A DNA stretch of 64,000 bases from contig JBHGNT010000002.1 in the NCBI GenBank assembly GCA_043228905.1, positions 15,624,001 through 15,688,000 on the forward strand, given 5' to 3'. This document shows, one piece after another, positions 24,001-38,732 of this stretch; position 1 is the first letter of the stretch, and the number at the start of each line of letters is the position of its first letter. The position numbers and the translations under genes were made by a program. The stretch comes from Azolla caroliniana. Its lineage: Eukaryota > Plantae > Polypodiophyta. The notes below the pieces were generated by a model that worked only from the letters and a program-made list of their open reading frames with translations, had not been told where the DNA came from and searched no databases.

Positions 24001-26766
24001 GGTGAGGTCCGGAGTCGGAGGCAAGTACCAGGACGCGGACTCATCAAACACAACGTCACGGCTCACACGCGCTTGTTTGGTACGTGGGTTATAGCATTTA
24101 TAACCCTTCTGCTCGTCCGAATTGCCGACCAAGATACACTTCTCGGCTTTTGCGTCCAACTTCCTCCTTTTCTCCTTCGGCACATGCACATACGCGATGC
24201 TACCGAAAACTCGTAAGTGTCACAAGTTCGACTTCGTTCCGAAATATAGCTCGTGCGCCGACACTTTATCTCCGATCCGATTCTGGATGTATACCGAGGT
24301 CCTTACCGCCTCGGCCCAGTAGAACTTGGGCAAGCTCTTCTTTTCCAGCATTGCCCGTGCCGCTTCCACAACCGACCGATTTTTCCTCTCGGCCACGCCG
24401 TTTTGCTCCGGCGTGTATCTACAACTGAATTCGCGCAGAATTCTCATCTGTTGTAGATAACTGTTGAATTGACCGGAAAAGTATTCTTTTCCGCCATCCG
24501 ACCGCAAGCACTTGATCTTTCCTCCTGTTTCCATTTCCACGAACCCTTTGAGGTCCCAGAAACAGTCGAAGACTTCGCTCTTCCTCTCGATGAGGTAGAT
24601 CCATGTGTGCCGCGTGTAGTCGTCGATGAAGGAGACGAAATATTGGCTCCCGCCAAGACTAACGTTTTGTGCCGCCCCCCACACATCAGAGTGTATCAAG
24701 TTGAGCTTGTTCCGGCTCCGGTTACGCTCGTTGGGGAAGGGAAGTCGGTGTTGCTTCCTAAGCTGGCATGCTTCACAAATTTGTGCCTTCCGGCCACTAA
24801 ATTTGGGCAATCCGAACACCACTTGTTTCGATTGCACGACTTGAAGCCGCTGGTAGTTGACGTGGCCTATCCGCTTGTGCCATAAGTCGATGTCCGACTC
24901 GACTTTTTGTCCCTTCGCGAACATTGTGGTGCCACCGTCAGTAGAGTCGAGGATGAACATCCTCCCATCTCTGCGCCCTTGCGCAATAATACGGCCTTCT
25001 TCCTCAATGAAGCACCCGAGGTGTGTAAACCGAACCTGCATCCCCTGGTCGACGATTTGCCCGACCGACACCAAATTCTTCGTGATGGTCAGGATGTGTA
25101 ACACGTTCATAAGTTTCCCTTTCTGCCCGACATGGCTCAAGGGAACTTCACCAACATTCGCGATCGGATGCGAAGTGTCGTCTCCGGTTGCGACTACTCC
25201 TGGTTGTGTCGGTTTCTCAAGATATGAGAACCACTCCTCGTGGCACGTCATGTGGTTTGATGCGCTGGAGTTGACGTACCACACCTCGTCCGATTTCGGG
25301 GTGGATTGTTTCATTGAGTTTGCTTCGTGTCTCGTCACGAAGACTAACCCTTTTCCAGCTTCTTCGGATCCTTCGGCATAGTGCGATCGCTGCCGGTTTC
25401 CTTTGTTGGTATGTCCGGAACCAGATCCGGAACTGGTCGTCTCTCACTCGGCGCGCTTTTTCCAGAACTCGCTCTCCCTGTGGCCTTTCTTGCAACAATA
25501 CCAGCATTCCGTGGTGGATTTCCCTTGCCGGTTCTCGTCGCCTCGACTCCCCTTGTTTCCGGAGGGTCCGGAGTTGTTGTCGGCATCACTTCGGTGCCTT
25601 CTTCCTTGATCCCGTTGGCCACCTCCATTGCGTACCGACTCGCCTCGTCTGCCATGACCACACGGCCCCTCTCCCTCTGTGTACAACATCTTGCTGTCGG
25701 CATGCGTGCTTGTCGACGCACCCGCGTGGTTCTCCTCTATAAGGAGCATCGACTATAAGTCGAAAAACGACGACGTATTCTCCTGGGTACACACAAAAGT
25801 TCGGAACACCCCGAACTTCGATGCTAAACCCCCGAGACAGACCTAGACCATCTCGCTTTCCTCGATGTTCACATCGATGGAAGCTAAGGAGTCGCATATG
25901 TCCTTAATCCTCGAGGTATAGTCAGCCACCGACAAATCGCGTTGCTATAGGTTGCTCAACTCCTGTCGGAGCTGAAGCTTCCTGGCTGTGGTGCTTGCGG
26001 CGAAAATCTTCTTCACATTTTCCCACGCACCCTTCGGCGTTTTTGCATCCCGAACGTAGCTTAACAGCTGTTCGCCCACACAAGATGCGAAACAGTACAA
26101 CACTCTGCTCGCCGATTGTTTCCACGCCGGGAAGTCTTTGTGTGTTGAATCGGGTGCTGTGTCATTTGCTCCATTGACATAGCTCCAGTAACCGTGTCCG
26201 AGCAGGTACTGGTGCATCTTGTAAGACCGAGACGTGTAGTTGTTTCTGTTGAGCTTCTCCGTCGGAAGCGAGCTCGCCATTCCTTTCTCCATCGGTTTTA
26301 TTGTTCTTCTTCGTTGGTTTTCCCTTCAAGCAAAGTCGACTGCAGAGGTTCTCAACCCTTGCACTCTGATACCATGAAAAGAATTGCGTGCGGAAGCAAT
26401 ATAGAAAACTGAACAATAGAAAACGTAGGTTTAATGGAAAGCTTAGGTTTGCATAGTACGCATGGGAGAGATAGAGAGATAGAGTAAACACATAATTTAA
26501 TTCAAAAAATAATACTCAATCTGTACATAGGATGTGCTCAGTGAGCACTTTTATACAAGCCCTGACAATCAGGCTGACTGACACAAGTACTGACAGTACT
26601 TGATTGCTCATAAATGAGCCTTGACTCTTACTTCCAAAACTATTCCTTACGAGGAATATCTTTCTAACGGCCTTTCGGTTTATGCACCGATACGGCCTTC
26701 CTACGCACCTGTCCGGTCCTCGGCTTGCTCAGCCGATCCGGCCGATGTTGAGCTTGTCTCTGAACA
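21034..26766 (-). mobile_element. Ty1/copia LTR retrotransposon B, full-length, degenerate
   Basis: LTRs 26375-26766 and 21034-21486; TSD GTTAA/ATTAA; PBS TGGTATCAGAG; PPT 21487-21500. gag-pol fragments span 21565-26292 and include CWYC..GH, LRSDGGKEY, YVDDL and FHTRTKHIEVHYHF. Confidence 0.96.
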
Positions 26767-28270
26767 ATTAAGCATCCTTAATCTCTTATTCTTGTGCTCA
26801 TCATTAGTTTGATCCCTAATATTTGCTATCTTTCAAGTTCTTGGCATTTGGTATCTTCTCTCTGTCTCTCTCTATTAGGTTTTCTTCTTTTTCTTCAAGT
26901 TTATTTTAGCCATTACTTGGTCATTTGAGGTTCGATTTTGACAAGCTCTGACTTGATTCAAAGCTCATAACAAGAGCTATGATATGATCAACTAAAGCTA
27001 GTAGGTTTCAGAGGTATACTTCTCATAGGGTTTGGTCCTATAATGATAAACATTAGTAAGGCGGCCACAAAGTTCAGGAGTATGATTGATAATGAGCCAA
27101 GATCACCAACGATTCTTGATATTAATGCAACAAATTTAGTCACAATGGAGAAATTCTTATGAGTCACTTGATTTCTCTTCAAGAAACCATAAACAAGAAA
27201 AGTGAAAATATTAGGACACTAGTAAAGGAGAATGCGAAGTTATAAATTCTTGTCATTGAGAATGAAGGTTTAACATAAAATGGTTGCAAAACTTCAAAAT
27301 GAGATTAAAGAATGCAAGAAACCGTCTTTTGAAACAAATGATGGCATTAACAAGACTGAGTTAAAAGAAGCATTAATAGAGGAAAAAATGGACACAATGA
27401 GGCGAGATGTAAGTGATATCAAACTCATCTACTATGCATGTGATGAATCAAGAGAAGAATGTAGAAAGCATAGATGTCTGAATTGAAAGACCGTGAATAA
27501 CAATTAAAGAACATTGTCATTGGTGGGATTAGAGAGGAGAGTATGGACACCTATACCCCTCGGAAAGGCCATCGTGAATTCTTTAGCATGCATTATGGTA
27601 TGTCGGATGTGAATGTATATGGAGCACACCAAGTTGGGAAACATGGTGCTGCTCACTTCGGAGAAAGGTTGATTAAATGCACAATGATGGATGATACAAA
27701 ATGAAGGATCATGCTAAAAAATGGTTGGGTATGTGTCAAAGGTACACAATTCTTTGTGAGTGAAGATGGTACCATGGTTGTAACATACATAGCATACCAT
27801 ACGCGTACAATACATATGTTACGTATTTTATAAGTATTCTAAATTTTTTTTATAAGTTCTTAGAATACGTATTTAAAGGTAAAATACGTTGAATACGTTA
27901 AATACGTTTTGAATACGTGGTTGAATACGTCAAATACTTGAACACCATTGATGTTGAATGCAAAGATACTTGGAATTTGAATAGTAAATACTATATAGTA
28001 AATTCGAATTATCTTTATTTCCCATGGATAACACATGGTTATGTATGTTTCAATACATGTGGTATACATATTTTTAAATGAAAGTGGAGATTCAAGAACA
28101 TAATTGAAGTTTGAATCAAAAGGCATATTATTTAAACTCTCATAGAAAATGAATAAAGTGATAAAAAAACTATTAGAATTTATAACTTTCTTCATGCTCA
28201 TAATTATTGGTTCTTAAATTCAAATAAATATGTAAAAACCAACAATACATTATCTCCATGCAATTTTCGA

Positions 28271-31200
28271 TTATGTTTCTTCTTCTACATCATCATTATA
28301 AGATTCCGTTGTTGTATCATCATAGTTGTCCACATAATCACTATCAGAAAATGAATCAACTATGACATTGTCAATGTCTTCATCCTCTTGATCTCCATCA
28401 TCGTTACCATATTCAACATTGCAAGCCTCAGTTGTAGTTTGTCGAGTATTTACCCTTCTTGTACTTGCAACTCTCGCACAAACTCTTCTAATAGTGCTAG
28501 AACTTGATCCCACCAATCCTTCATCCACTATCATATTGGCAAACTTAGATCTACTTCGAGTAACCCGACCAATATGCATAGCCTCTGCTTCCTCAAAATA
28601 TGCTTGTGCGACTTGAGTATCAATATTGGTTGTTGATGGAGGCATTTCAACAGTCTTGTTAGTGTCTATCTCATTAGGATTTACCTAAATCAAATAATAT
28701 TTTGGTATCATAATCATGATTCATAATATTTAAACCATAACCAATTAACAAGGTTCGTTAATTAACCTACAAATGATTTTCTAAACATCAAGTGTCAAAC
28801 ATGAGTAAGAAAGATGTAGACCTGCATTGGAAGACCCGCATGAGTTTGAAAGCTTCGAACAAGCCGTAAGCTCGAACATATACTAATCTCTCCACTTGTT
28901 TCACCTTCAAATGGTTCCTCCTTTTTGTATGTGCCAATGCATGTGCATTCCAATTTCTTTCAGCAGCTCCAGAAGAGCAATACTATGACACAAAGTATTA
29001 ACAAACAATACATGTCATTGTAGAAGATTAATAAAATTGAAACATTAATAAAAAATGAACTATAATACTTGAGACAATACCCTACAAGCTAATGACTGTA
29101 GTAAGGTCACATTGTCCCCATATCTTTCCCACCATGAAACAGGTTTACATTTTGCAATGTGTGACTTTGATAGTTCATTGCCAAATCGGCCCACACCATT
29201 TCTATACATGTCAAATTGATCTTGCAAGATTTCACATTCATCTATACAATATACCTTTTGAATATATGCAAGCCATCCATCCGTCATCTCTGCAATCATA
29301 ATAATTGGTTGATCTTTGGGCTTCCATAAAGGATGCAAAATATGTGCAACAATATGAATTGGCTTTTTGAACCACGACCAACGACAATCAAAACATTCCA
29401 AAACCTCTTTATATTTGCATTAACATTTGGCAAACTTAAATCAAAAGTGGAAATCAGTTACCGAAATATGCATAATATAGACAACAACAATGATTCAAAG
29501 AAATGAAAAAGATGCAATAAACAACAATTGTACATACTACATAGTACATAGAAATAATAATATTAGAATAGAAACATATTACTTGTCCTTGTTTAATGTG
29601 TCTTCTCTCGCTCCTCGTTACAATGTGTCTCTAGCCCTCCTCATGAACTCATAAAGTAAGCCCATTGTAGATCCTTCACGATCAATTAGCCACAAAACAG
29701 AAAACAATGGATGCATAATCGAAATCACAATCATAATTGAAGGCAAAGTAGAGCTATCTTGCACAATCGACTTCACCTTGATAACATTTGGCTTTTTGGA
29801 GTCACTCCAATCCTCCCAATAGTTACTAACCACAGTTTGTTCAAGGGCTCTCCAAACTCTTGCCAACCTCTCAAGGACAATAAGAATATAGCCAAATCGA
29901 GTGCCACTTGGCCTAAGGAGCACAAGAGATGAATAGTTGCTGAAAATTTTTCGTGCATTCCTTTTCTTGGTGAATAATCTAACCATATAATTTGCTCTCT
30001 TGTGCACTCCACGAACCCAAGACAACTTCCCAATATTCTCTAGCAATAAATGTAAACAATGTGATGCACAAGGAGTCCATACAAGCCTTGGGATTTCAGT
30101 CTCTAGAATGTGACCCATGCTTTAACACAATTAGATGCATTGTCAGTGACAATTTGCACCACATTTTCTACTTTTACTTCATTTATTGCAGTTGATAGCA
30201 TTTCAGCCAACCATGGACCATCGGCCCTTGTAGAAACACCACTATAATCAATAGTTTTAAGGTACATAGTGCCATAACAACATGAGACCTGTTGAGCGGC
30301 AAGCTCAACCGAACCCGGATCGGTTGAATAAGCTTGAGCCGGATCGGCATCCGGAAGAATGAGTCGGATCGGTGAGCCGGTGAGCAAGTGAGCTGGTGAG
30401 CTGGGGAGCTGGTTAGCTGAATCGAACAGTAACCGGAAGCCTAGTAGCAGCCTAGACTACTAGGTAGTTAATGTCTCATAGTTAGTGTGAGATGCTCGTA
30501 TGAGAATTGAAGTACACCGTACTTCTGTCCTTAGGACTTGTATAAATAGTGTTGTTGAGCACCTTCTATGTACAAAGAACTATAATTATTGTTTGGTAAT
30601 AGATTTAACTTGTTCTGCTCTTTCTCTGTCTCTCCCGCGCACTATCAAGCTCTCCATTAAACCTGCGTATTTTTCTGTCTTCAGTTTTCTATTACTTCCG
30701 CACACGCTATTCGTTTTTACATGGTATCAGAGAGCAAGGGTTGAGAATCTCTGCAGCCGACATAGCTTGAAAAGAAAACCAACCAAGAAGAACAGGTAAA
30801 AACCGATGGATAGAGGAATGGCTAGCTCGCTTCCGACAGAGAAGTTCGATAGAAACAACTACACATCTTGGTCCTACAAGAGGCACCAGTACCTGCTCAG
30901 ACACGATTACTAGAGCTATGTCGACAGAGCAAATGGCACAACACCCGAATCAACACACAGAGATTTCCCGGTGTGGGAATAGTCGGCGAACAGAGTACTG
31001 TACTGCTTCGCGTCTTGTGTGGGCGAACAACTCCTAAACTACATTCAGGATGCAAAAATGCCGAAAGATGCTTGGGGAAATCTAAAGAAGATTTTCGTTG
31101 CAAGCACTACAGCCAGGAAGTTTCAACTCCGCCAAGAGCTGAGCAACCTACGACAACGCGACTTGTCGGTGGCAGACTACACCTCCAAAATCAAGGACAT

Positions 31201-34200
31201 TTGCGACTCTCTGTCCTCCATCGATGTGAATATCGAAGAACCTGATATAGTGCAAATCTGTCTCGGAGGTTTGGCGTCAAAATTCGGAGCGTTCCGAATT
31301 GCTGTGTGTACAAGGGAGAATACACCGTCATTTTTCGACTTACAATCGATGCTCCTTGTGGAGGAGAACCATGCTGGTGTGTCAACAAGTGCACCCACTG
31401 ACAACCAGATGCAGTACACAGAGGCAGATCGGCCCCGTGGGCATGGTGGACGAGGCGGGTTGGCTCGCAATGGTAGTGGCCGGCAAGAGCAGGACCGAAG
31501 GCACAGAGAACGTGCCGACAATAGTTCCGGACCCTCCACAAGCAGAGGGAGTGAAGGCGGCGCTGGAAGCCGGCAAGTAAAGGCCGATACGGAATGCTGG
31601 TACTGTGGTAAAACGAGCCACAGAGAAAGCGAGTGCTGGAAGAAGCGCGCCGGTTTGGACAGATCCGGATCTAGTAAGGCCGATAGAGAGAACCAACAAT
31701 ACTCGCACTACGCAGAAGGATCGGGAGGATCCTAAACCGGAAAAGCTGGTAAAGGGCCAACCTTAGAGTCGAAACACGAGGCTAACTCGATGAAGAAGAC
31801 CACTTCCGAATTGGAGGAAGTGTGGTACGTTGATTCCGGTGCGTCGAATCACATGACAAGCCACAAAGAGTGTTTCTCCTTTTTGGAGAAACCGGAACAA
31901 CCGGGAGTCGTCGAAACCAGAGACGACACTCCTCACCCAATCGTGCATATCGGAGAAGTCCCTTTGAGCCACGTCGGACAGAGGGGGAAGTTGATGAACA
32001 TATTACACGTTTTGACTATCACGAAGAACCTGGTATTAGTCGGTAAGATCGTTGACCAGGGGATGCAGGTGCGGTTACCGCACCTTGGGTGCTTCATCGA
32101 GGAAGAGGGCCAGATTATTGCGCAAGGGTGCAGAGAAGGGAGGATGTTCATCCTCGACACCAATGACATCGACACCGCTTTGTTCGCCAAAGGACAGAAG
32201 ATTGAATCAGATATTGATCTCTGGCACAAGCGGATCGACCACGTCAATTACCGGCGGCTTCAAGACTTGCAAACGAAACAAGCTTTTTTCAATTTGCCAA
32301 AGTTCAGTGGCCGGAAGGCCCAAATATGTGAAGCCTGGCAACTCGGGAAGCAACACCGGCTTCCATTCCCCACTGAACGAAACCGTAGTCGTAACAAGCT
32401 CGACCTTATTCATTCGGATGTATGGGGACCGACACAGAACGTTAGTCTTGGCGGGAGTCAGTATTTCGTCTCCTTCATCGACGATTACAGTCGGCACACA
32501 TGGATCTACCTCATTGAGCGGAAGAGCGAAGTCTTCGAGTGTTTCCAGAACCTGCAAAGCTTGGTTGAAAGGGAAAAGGAGAGGAAGATCAAGTGCCTAC
32601 GGTCGGATGGCGGAAAAGAATATTTTTCCGGCCAATTCAACAGTTATCTGCAACAAAAATGAATTCAGAGAGAGTTCAACTGCAGATACACACCGGAGCA
32701 AAACGGTGTGGCCGAAAGGAAGAACCGGTCGATTGTCGACGTGGCAAGGGCAATGCTGGAGGAGAAGAGCATGCCCCATTTCTATCGGACAGAGGCAGTC
32801 CGGATGACCGTCTATATCCAAAACTAGATCGGTGACAAGGTGTTCGCGCATCAACTGTATTTCAGACGCCATCCGAATTTGAGACACCTTCGGATATTTG
32901 GTAGCATTGCATATGTGCATGTGCCGGATGAGAAGCGGAGGAAGTTGGATGCAAAGTCGGAGAAATGCATCCTTGTTGGTTACTCGCATGAGCAAAAGGG
33001 GTATAAGTGTTATAACTCCGGGACAAAGTAGGTCTGAGTTAGCCGAGATGTTGAGTTTGATGAGACGACATCATGGTATGCCTTACCGGCTCCGACTTCC
33101 GACCCGATACTGGAGGATGAGGCTAGTGAGCCTGAACCGGTCCAGATAGAAGATGAAGACCTTGCCACTCTAGAAGAGAGTCCGATCTCATTTCAGCTAA
33201 GTGGATCGAATGAGCGGCTGAGTCGAGATGACCAGTCGGATGAGGAACCGGCGAGTAGTGGAGACTCTACTGTGCTCTCCTTATGCAAGGAACCGAGGAG
33301 ACGGTTCACGTGCAAAGAAAAGGGGAAGAAGAAGATGCCGGAATATGAAACTGGCAACGATGAGTCGGATCGGAGCAAATCCGACTCCGAAAAGGATGAA
33401 GGCGGATCTTCGGGAACGAAGTCTGACCTGGCCAAGAAGGGCCCCAAATCGGGTAATACCAAGTTACGCCGGTCTCCCGCCTGAAGAACCCAGTTACGCA
33501 ATACGGGTACAATGAATACATGGCGCATCATTATGCGTACATGACTAAGGTGGCGGAAGTGCATGAGCCGGAGAGCTACGTAGAAGTGGCAAAGGATGCA
33601 AGTTGGCGTGCCGCTATGGAGGAAGAAATGCGGGGACTTGATGCCAACGACATATGGGACCTCGTTGACCCTCCCGGACACTGTAAACCGATCGGATGTA
33701 AGTGGGTGTACAAGGTAAAGTACAATGCCGACGGTTCGGTTAACCGGTACAAGGCCCGATTAGTGGCGAAGGGATACACGCATACCCATAGAATCAACTA
33801 CGACGAGACCTTCGCTCCGGTAGCGAAGATGACGACGGTTCGTGTGGTACTGGCAGTTGCTACGGCAAGAGGGTGGCACCTTCAGCAGATGGACGTGAAG
33901 ATTGAATTTCTTCAAGGCAATCTTGAAGAAGAGGTCTTTATGACCCAACCTCTCGGTTTCCAGACGGAGATGAACAAGTCGGCGGTATGCCGGCTGAAGA
34001 AGTCACTCTATGGCCTGAAGCAAGCCCCTCAAGCTTGGAATGTGAAGATCACACACTGGTTGCGTAAGATGGGGTTTGCGGCCTCCAAGTCCGACTCTTC
34101 GTTGTTCATCCGGCAAGGTCCGGATGGTCCGGTTTGCATTTTGCTGTATGTTGATGATCTAGTCATCACTGGACCTAGACTCGACGAAGTTAGCCGAGTC

Positions 34201-36975
34201 AAGTCCCAGCTGTCAGATGTATTTGAGATAAAGGACCTGGGGGACCTTCACTATTTCCCTGGGATCGAGGTGATCCGAACCCTCGACGGCATATTTCTCT
34301 CACAAAGACACTATGTGTTGAATATGCTATACAAGTTCGGCATGACGGAATGCCGACCGATCTCCACACCCTTGGACCGGAACCAGAAGCTCCGTCCCGA
34401 CTTCGGACCTGCTTGCGATGAGAAGCGATTCCGATAGATTGTCGGAAGCCTTATATATTTGACAATCACCCGACCTGACATTAGTTATCTGGTCGGCGTG
34501 ATCAACCAATATATGCAAAAGCCGACCATTGAGCACCTTGTTTGCGCGCATTGAATTTTGCGATATGTGAGTGGCACGAAGGATCGAGGATTGTTATACC
34601 GGCATGGTATAACCGAAGAGCTAGTCGGCTACACCAATGCCGACTAGGCCGGCGATGCATTGGATCGCCGATCCACCTCCGGCGATATGTTTTCCCTTGG
34701 TAGCACAGTTGTTGCGTGGAGCAACAAAAAGCAGCCAACAGTGGCTCTGTCGAGCACTGAGGCTGAATACCGGGGCGCCACCAATGCCACCTGTGAAGCC
34801 ATCTAGCTTCGGCGACTGCTGCAAGATCTGCGGATCGAGGTGCGACAACATAAGTAGCATGCAACTCATCAAGAACCCCGTATTCCATGCTTGCACAAAG
34901 CACATAGAAATGCACCACCACTTCGTGCGTGAGCGTGTCCTGAGCGGTGACGTCGAACTTCGGTATGTTCATACGGATCGGCAAGTTGCCGACATCTTCA
35001 CCAAACCTCTCGGATCGGACAAGTTGTAGCACTTCACCGAAATGCTTGGTGTTCAGCATCTTGATGTGCCACACTTGAGGGGGAGAACGGGCAAAGACAC
35101 CGGAATGGATAAAGGCAAAGAAACTGTCAATTCCGTTGGTGAGGGAAGAACCGACAAATGGAGAGACAAGAAGAAGAAAGGAGCCGAGTCGACAAAGGAA
35201 GTTGACACATCCGAACAAGTCAGATCAAGCAGCAGCGGCAATAGAGCCAAGAAGGTCAGAACTGACCGGAAGAAGAAGGCCAAGACCTGGACATGGTCAG
35301 ATGTGGTGAAGGGCCTAGAACCGGAAGACGAATCGGGAGCGACCAATTCGGACAAGAGCTGGAATGAATCGGAGACAGCCGATTCGGTTCAACAGATGGA
35401 TTCAGAAGAACCGGATCAATTCAAGGCCAAGTCGACGAGAAGGCAGCAAAAGTCGACGCCAACACGTAGGAATCGGCAAATCGACAAGCGCCGAAGTCAC
35501 AACAGTGAGGGAAGACTTAGGCCTGTTAAGCCGACAAGCCGACCAAGGAGGTCGAGGTGCGCGGAAACCGAAGGGTCGCGGCAAACAGGACTAAACCGGA
35601 CGAGGAGTGTGAGTGAGGCAGAGTGACGTCAGAAGGAGCCGGGTGGAAGGACCAGTTGCCATAGAGACTAACACTACGATCCGACCTCAAGTTGAGCTTG
35701 AGGGGGAGTGTTAAGCGGCAAGCTCAACCGGACCTGGATCGGCTGAATAAGCCTGAGCCGGATCAACATCCAGAAGGATGAGCCGGATCGGTGAGCCGGT
35801 GAGCAAGTGAACCAGTGAGCTGGGGAGCTGGTTAGCCGGATCCAACAATAACCAGAAGCCTAGTAGCAGCCTAGACTACTAGGTAGTTAATGTCTCATAG
35901 TTAGTGTCAGACACTCGTATGAGCATTGAAGTACACTGTACTTCTATCAGTCCTCTTAGGACTTGTATAAATAATGCTGTTGAGGACGTTCTATGTACAG
36001 AGAACTATTATTGATTGGTAATAGATTTAACTTGTTCTGCTCTTTCTCTATCTCTCCCGCGTTCTATCAAGCTCTCCATTAAACCTGCATATTTTTCTGT
36101 CTTCGGTTTTCTATTACTTCCGCACACACTATTCATTTTTACAAGACCAAAATATTCACAAGTGCTCACTTGCTAGTGTCAATCCATCCATCTGAAAGTA
36201 TGGTAAGTCCATATTTTGGCCAAAGGGCTTTCACATTTTCCACTTTGTGTTGCACATTGAAATGCTCTTTCTTTAAATATTTAACTCTTAAATCATTGTA
36301 GTTAATATCACTATACTTTTCCCCAATATCAGAGAAAGCTAACAACATGTTCCTCCAACATGACATTTTCAAAAGATTAAAAGATATATTACCTTCCACA
36401 ATGCATCTAACCAACATTGTGTTTGCATGGTCTTTCTTGATCAACATGGTAGCACTTGATCCTCTCCTTATCATGCTTTGAGTGAGACTTTTTCTTCTTG
36501 AACCTTTTGTATCTTCAATATCAATAGGAATTTGGTCTATTGAATCCTTCTTAAATGAGGCACTTATGCTAGCCATTGAAGGTTGTGATTGGAACATTGA
36601 ATCAACCATGCCTTCTTGAAGCTCAATTTGATGTTCCATGGCTTCCCCTTCTTTAATGTGTTTTAGCTTCTTGCGAGTCAATTCACTTTCTTGTGCTACT
36701 ACTATAGCCTCTTGATATGCCTCTAGAGTTACTTGCACACACTTTTCTATACCTTCACCTTTAATTCCAGCAAGGTGAGCAACTAAACGTGTTAGTGTCC
36801 TAGACCCATGAAAACCACATAATCTACAATCCCAATAATAGTTCCTAGATGACTTCCCAGCTTGTTTGTTCACACAATATTTATCCCATATGGGGGATTC
36901 CTTGCGTAACATAGTTGATTGAGTATGCCAAGTTCTAGAGTCTCGAAGTTGTCTTTTATATTTTCCTAGATTCAT
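28271..36975 (-). pseudogene. hAT transposase (BED finger, DUF659-type core, dimerisation domain), intron-containing
   Basis: WDKYCV..WDCRLCG..RLVAHL; LSDGWIDTSK*ALVNILV|SCCYGTMYLKTID across the C insertion; VQIVTDNASN; WTPCASHCLHLLL; TRFG; SWWERYG; SSGAAERNW..HTKRRNHL at ~28910-28983. Confidence 0.9.
30290..36143 (+). mobile_element. Ty1/copia LTR retrotransposon C (same family group as B), degenerate
   Basis: LTRs 30290-30721 and 35709-36143; perfect TSD AGACC; PBS TGGTATCAGAG at 30722; PPT ~35697-35708. gag-pol 30806-35626 has WYVDSGASNHM and YVDDL with many stops. Confidence 0.97.
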
Positions 36976-38732
36976 GAATTCACAATGCTAAATGTGTGAA
37001 TAAGGAAATCATGTGATATAACAATGTAGGAAGAAATTGTTTGAATCATAGGCATAACCAAATGACAAATCTGAATGGAAGATAACTACCTAAGCAAATG
37101 GCATTCCATTCCTATTAAGAGGAAAAAATTAGAAATGAATTATAAAGAGCACCATATGGAACTTTTACCTATGATGTAGGCGTGCTCTTGTATGAAGACA
37201 CTATTCTTTGATAAACCACCACAAGCTATCAATGTGTCTATCTGCCACCAACATTGTTGTATTAAAGAAGGGATAGACACACATACCCAAACCATACATG
37301 TAACATGTTGTACTATTATCTTGATTCTATACAATAGTCTATTTATGCATATAAATTGATGGAATTTGTGTTTTGATGAGTTCAATAGGAAAAACTCCAA
37401 ACAATCTTGGATGGCGTCGTTGCGGTGATTTAACATCTCAACTGAATCACCGATAATTAGCTTTTATCAAATTAATAATCATTGAAGAATGCTTGAGAAG
37501 AGAGTAAGAGTGTAGTATATAGAACACACTACATCGATTGACCATAAAGCTTATCACCCCCCATAACGATTATTCTTCGATGAAACAAAGAAGACTAAAT
37601 TGGGGAGAAGTAAGAAACTACCTATGCCTCCAAGTCTTGCAGTATTTCAACAGAAAACGAGTGTAGGGAGAAATAAAGAAGCACTTTTCTGCAATAACTC
37701 CTTTCCACGGATTGAGGAGAAGGAAGAAGTAATCTATCCAATGATTGAAGGATTTTATTTACGCTTTCTAACCAAATAAATGTGACTAAATGAGGGAGAA
37801 AGAAGAGATGATTTCTTCTTGATTTAGTCCAACTTGCTACTCAATCATACAAGATCAATGGAAAGAAAGGAAATTCCTCCTTACTTACGTCTAAGTTCAG
37901 AAGCAATTTCTCCTCAATTATGAATGCAAATTAGTTAATTAGTAGAACTTGAAACATTTTGATAGGAAAAAAGTCACTAAATCAGGGAGAGAAATCCCTA
38001 ATTAAGCCCATCCAATATGCATGCCTTCCAAAGAATTAACATTTTCAAGAACATTAAAAACTAAAACGGGCAAAAAAAAGAGATAATTTCCTACAATATA
38101 TATCCAGATTGCAGGTAATGAATTGAAGATTAATGGAGTCATGTCAGATAATCAACAGACGGATGACTCTTCAAAATTTTGATTACATGTAGGGAGAAGG
38201 GAAAAAGCAAATAATCTCCTAAATAAGTTCACTTTCAGATCAAAATCGATAGATAGAGGTCTTTCAACACACTAAATAGAAGCTCCAATAGGAAGAATGA
38301 AGCAGAAATCTATCCCTCAATCAACAAGACTGAGGAGGCTAAATTTCAAGAATTGATCACTCCTCAGTTAACTGCAAACTAGGAGGTTGTTAAATTAGGC
38401 AGAAATTAACTCTATTCATGAAGTTTGAACAAAAACATTACTTGCAAATTGCTTCATAGTTCGGATTTCGTGTAAGCATCTTCCATATACCTGTGTAAAA
38501 ACCTAGTATCTACAAAATGCAAACACTCGTTACAAAAACCACCATATTGTTCAAGAAAATTAATTTTTATATTATTTACAAATTTAGGCTTAGAAAAAAT
38601 GATAGTTCCAAAAGGTAGAATACGTTTAGAATACGTATGGGTATTCTAAAATGTACTCTATTTATAAAATACCATTTTTTAACACACTGGATTGTCCTAT
38701 CTCACAACAAAATGCCTGTCGTAAAGCATTTG

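Larger units (their letters stand above)
27773..38689 (-). mobile_element. hAT DNA transposon, degenerate, interrupted by copia C
   Basis: Degenerate termini CATGGTTGTAA and TTAACACACTG; 8-bp TSD candidates GATGGTAC/GATTGTCC (6/8); subterminal AATACGT repeats at ~27865-27930 and ~38620-38636; the flanks rejoin as LINE ORF1. Confidence 0.7.

Noticed and set aside
36980-38600. Captured gene fragments in the 5' part of the hAT
   Set aside because: Some exon-like stretches, but no recognisable protein motif; a blastx search would be needed.
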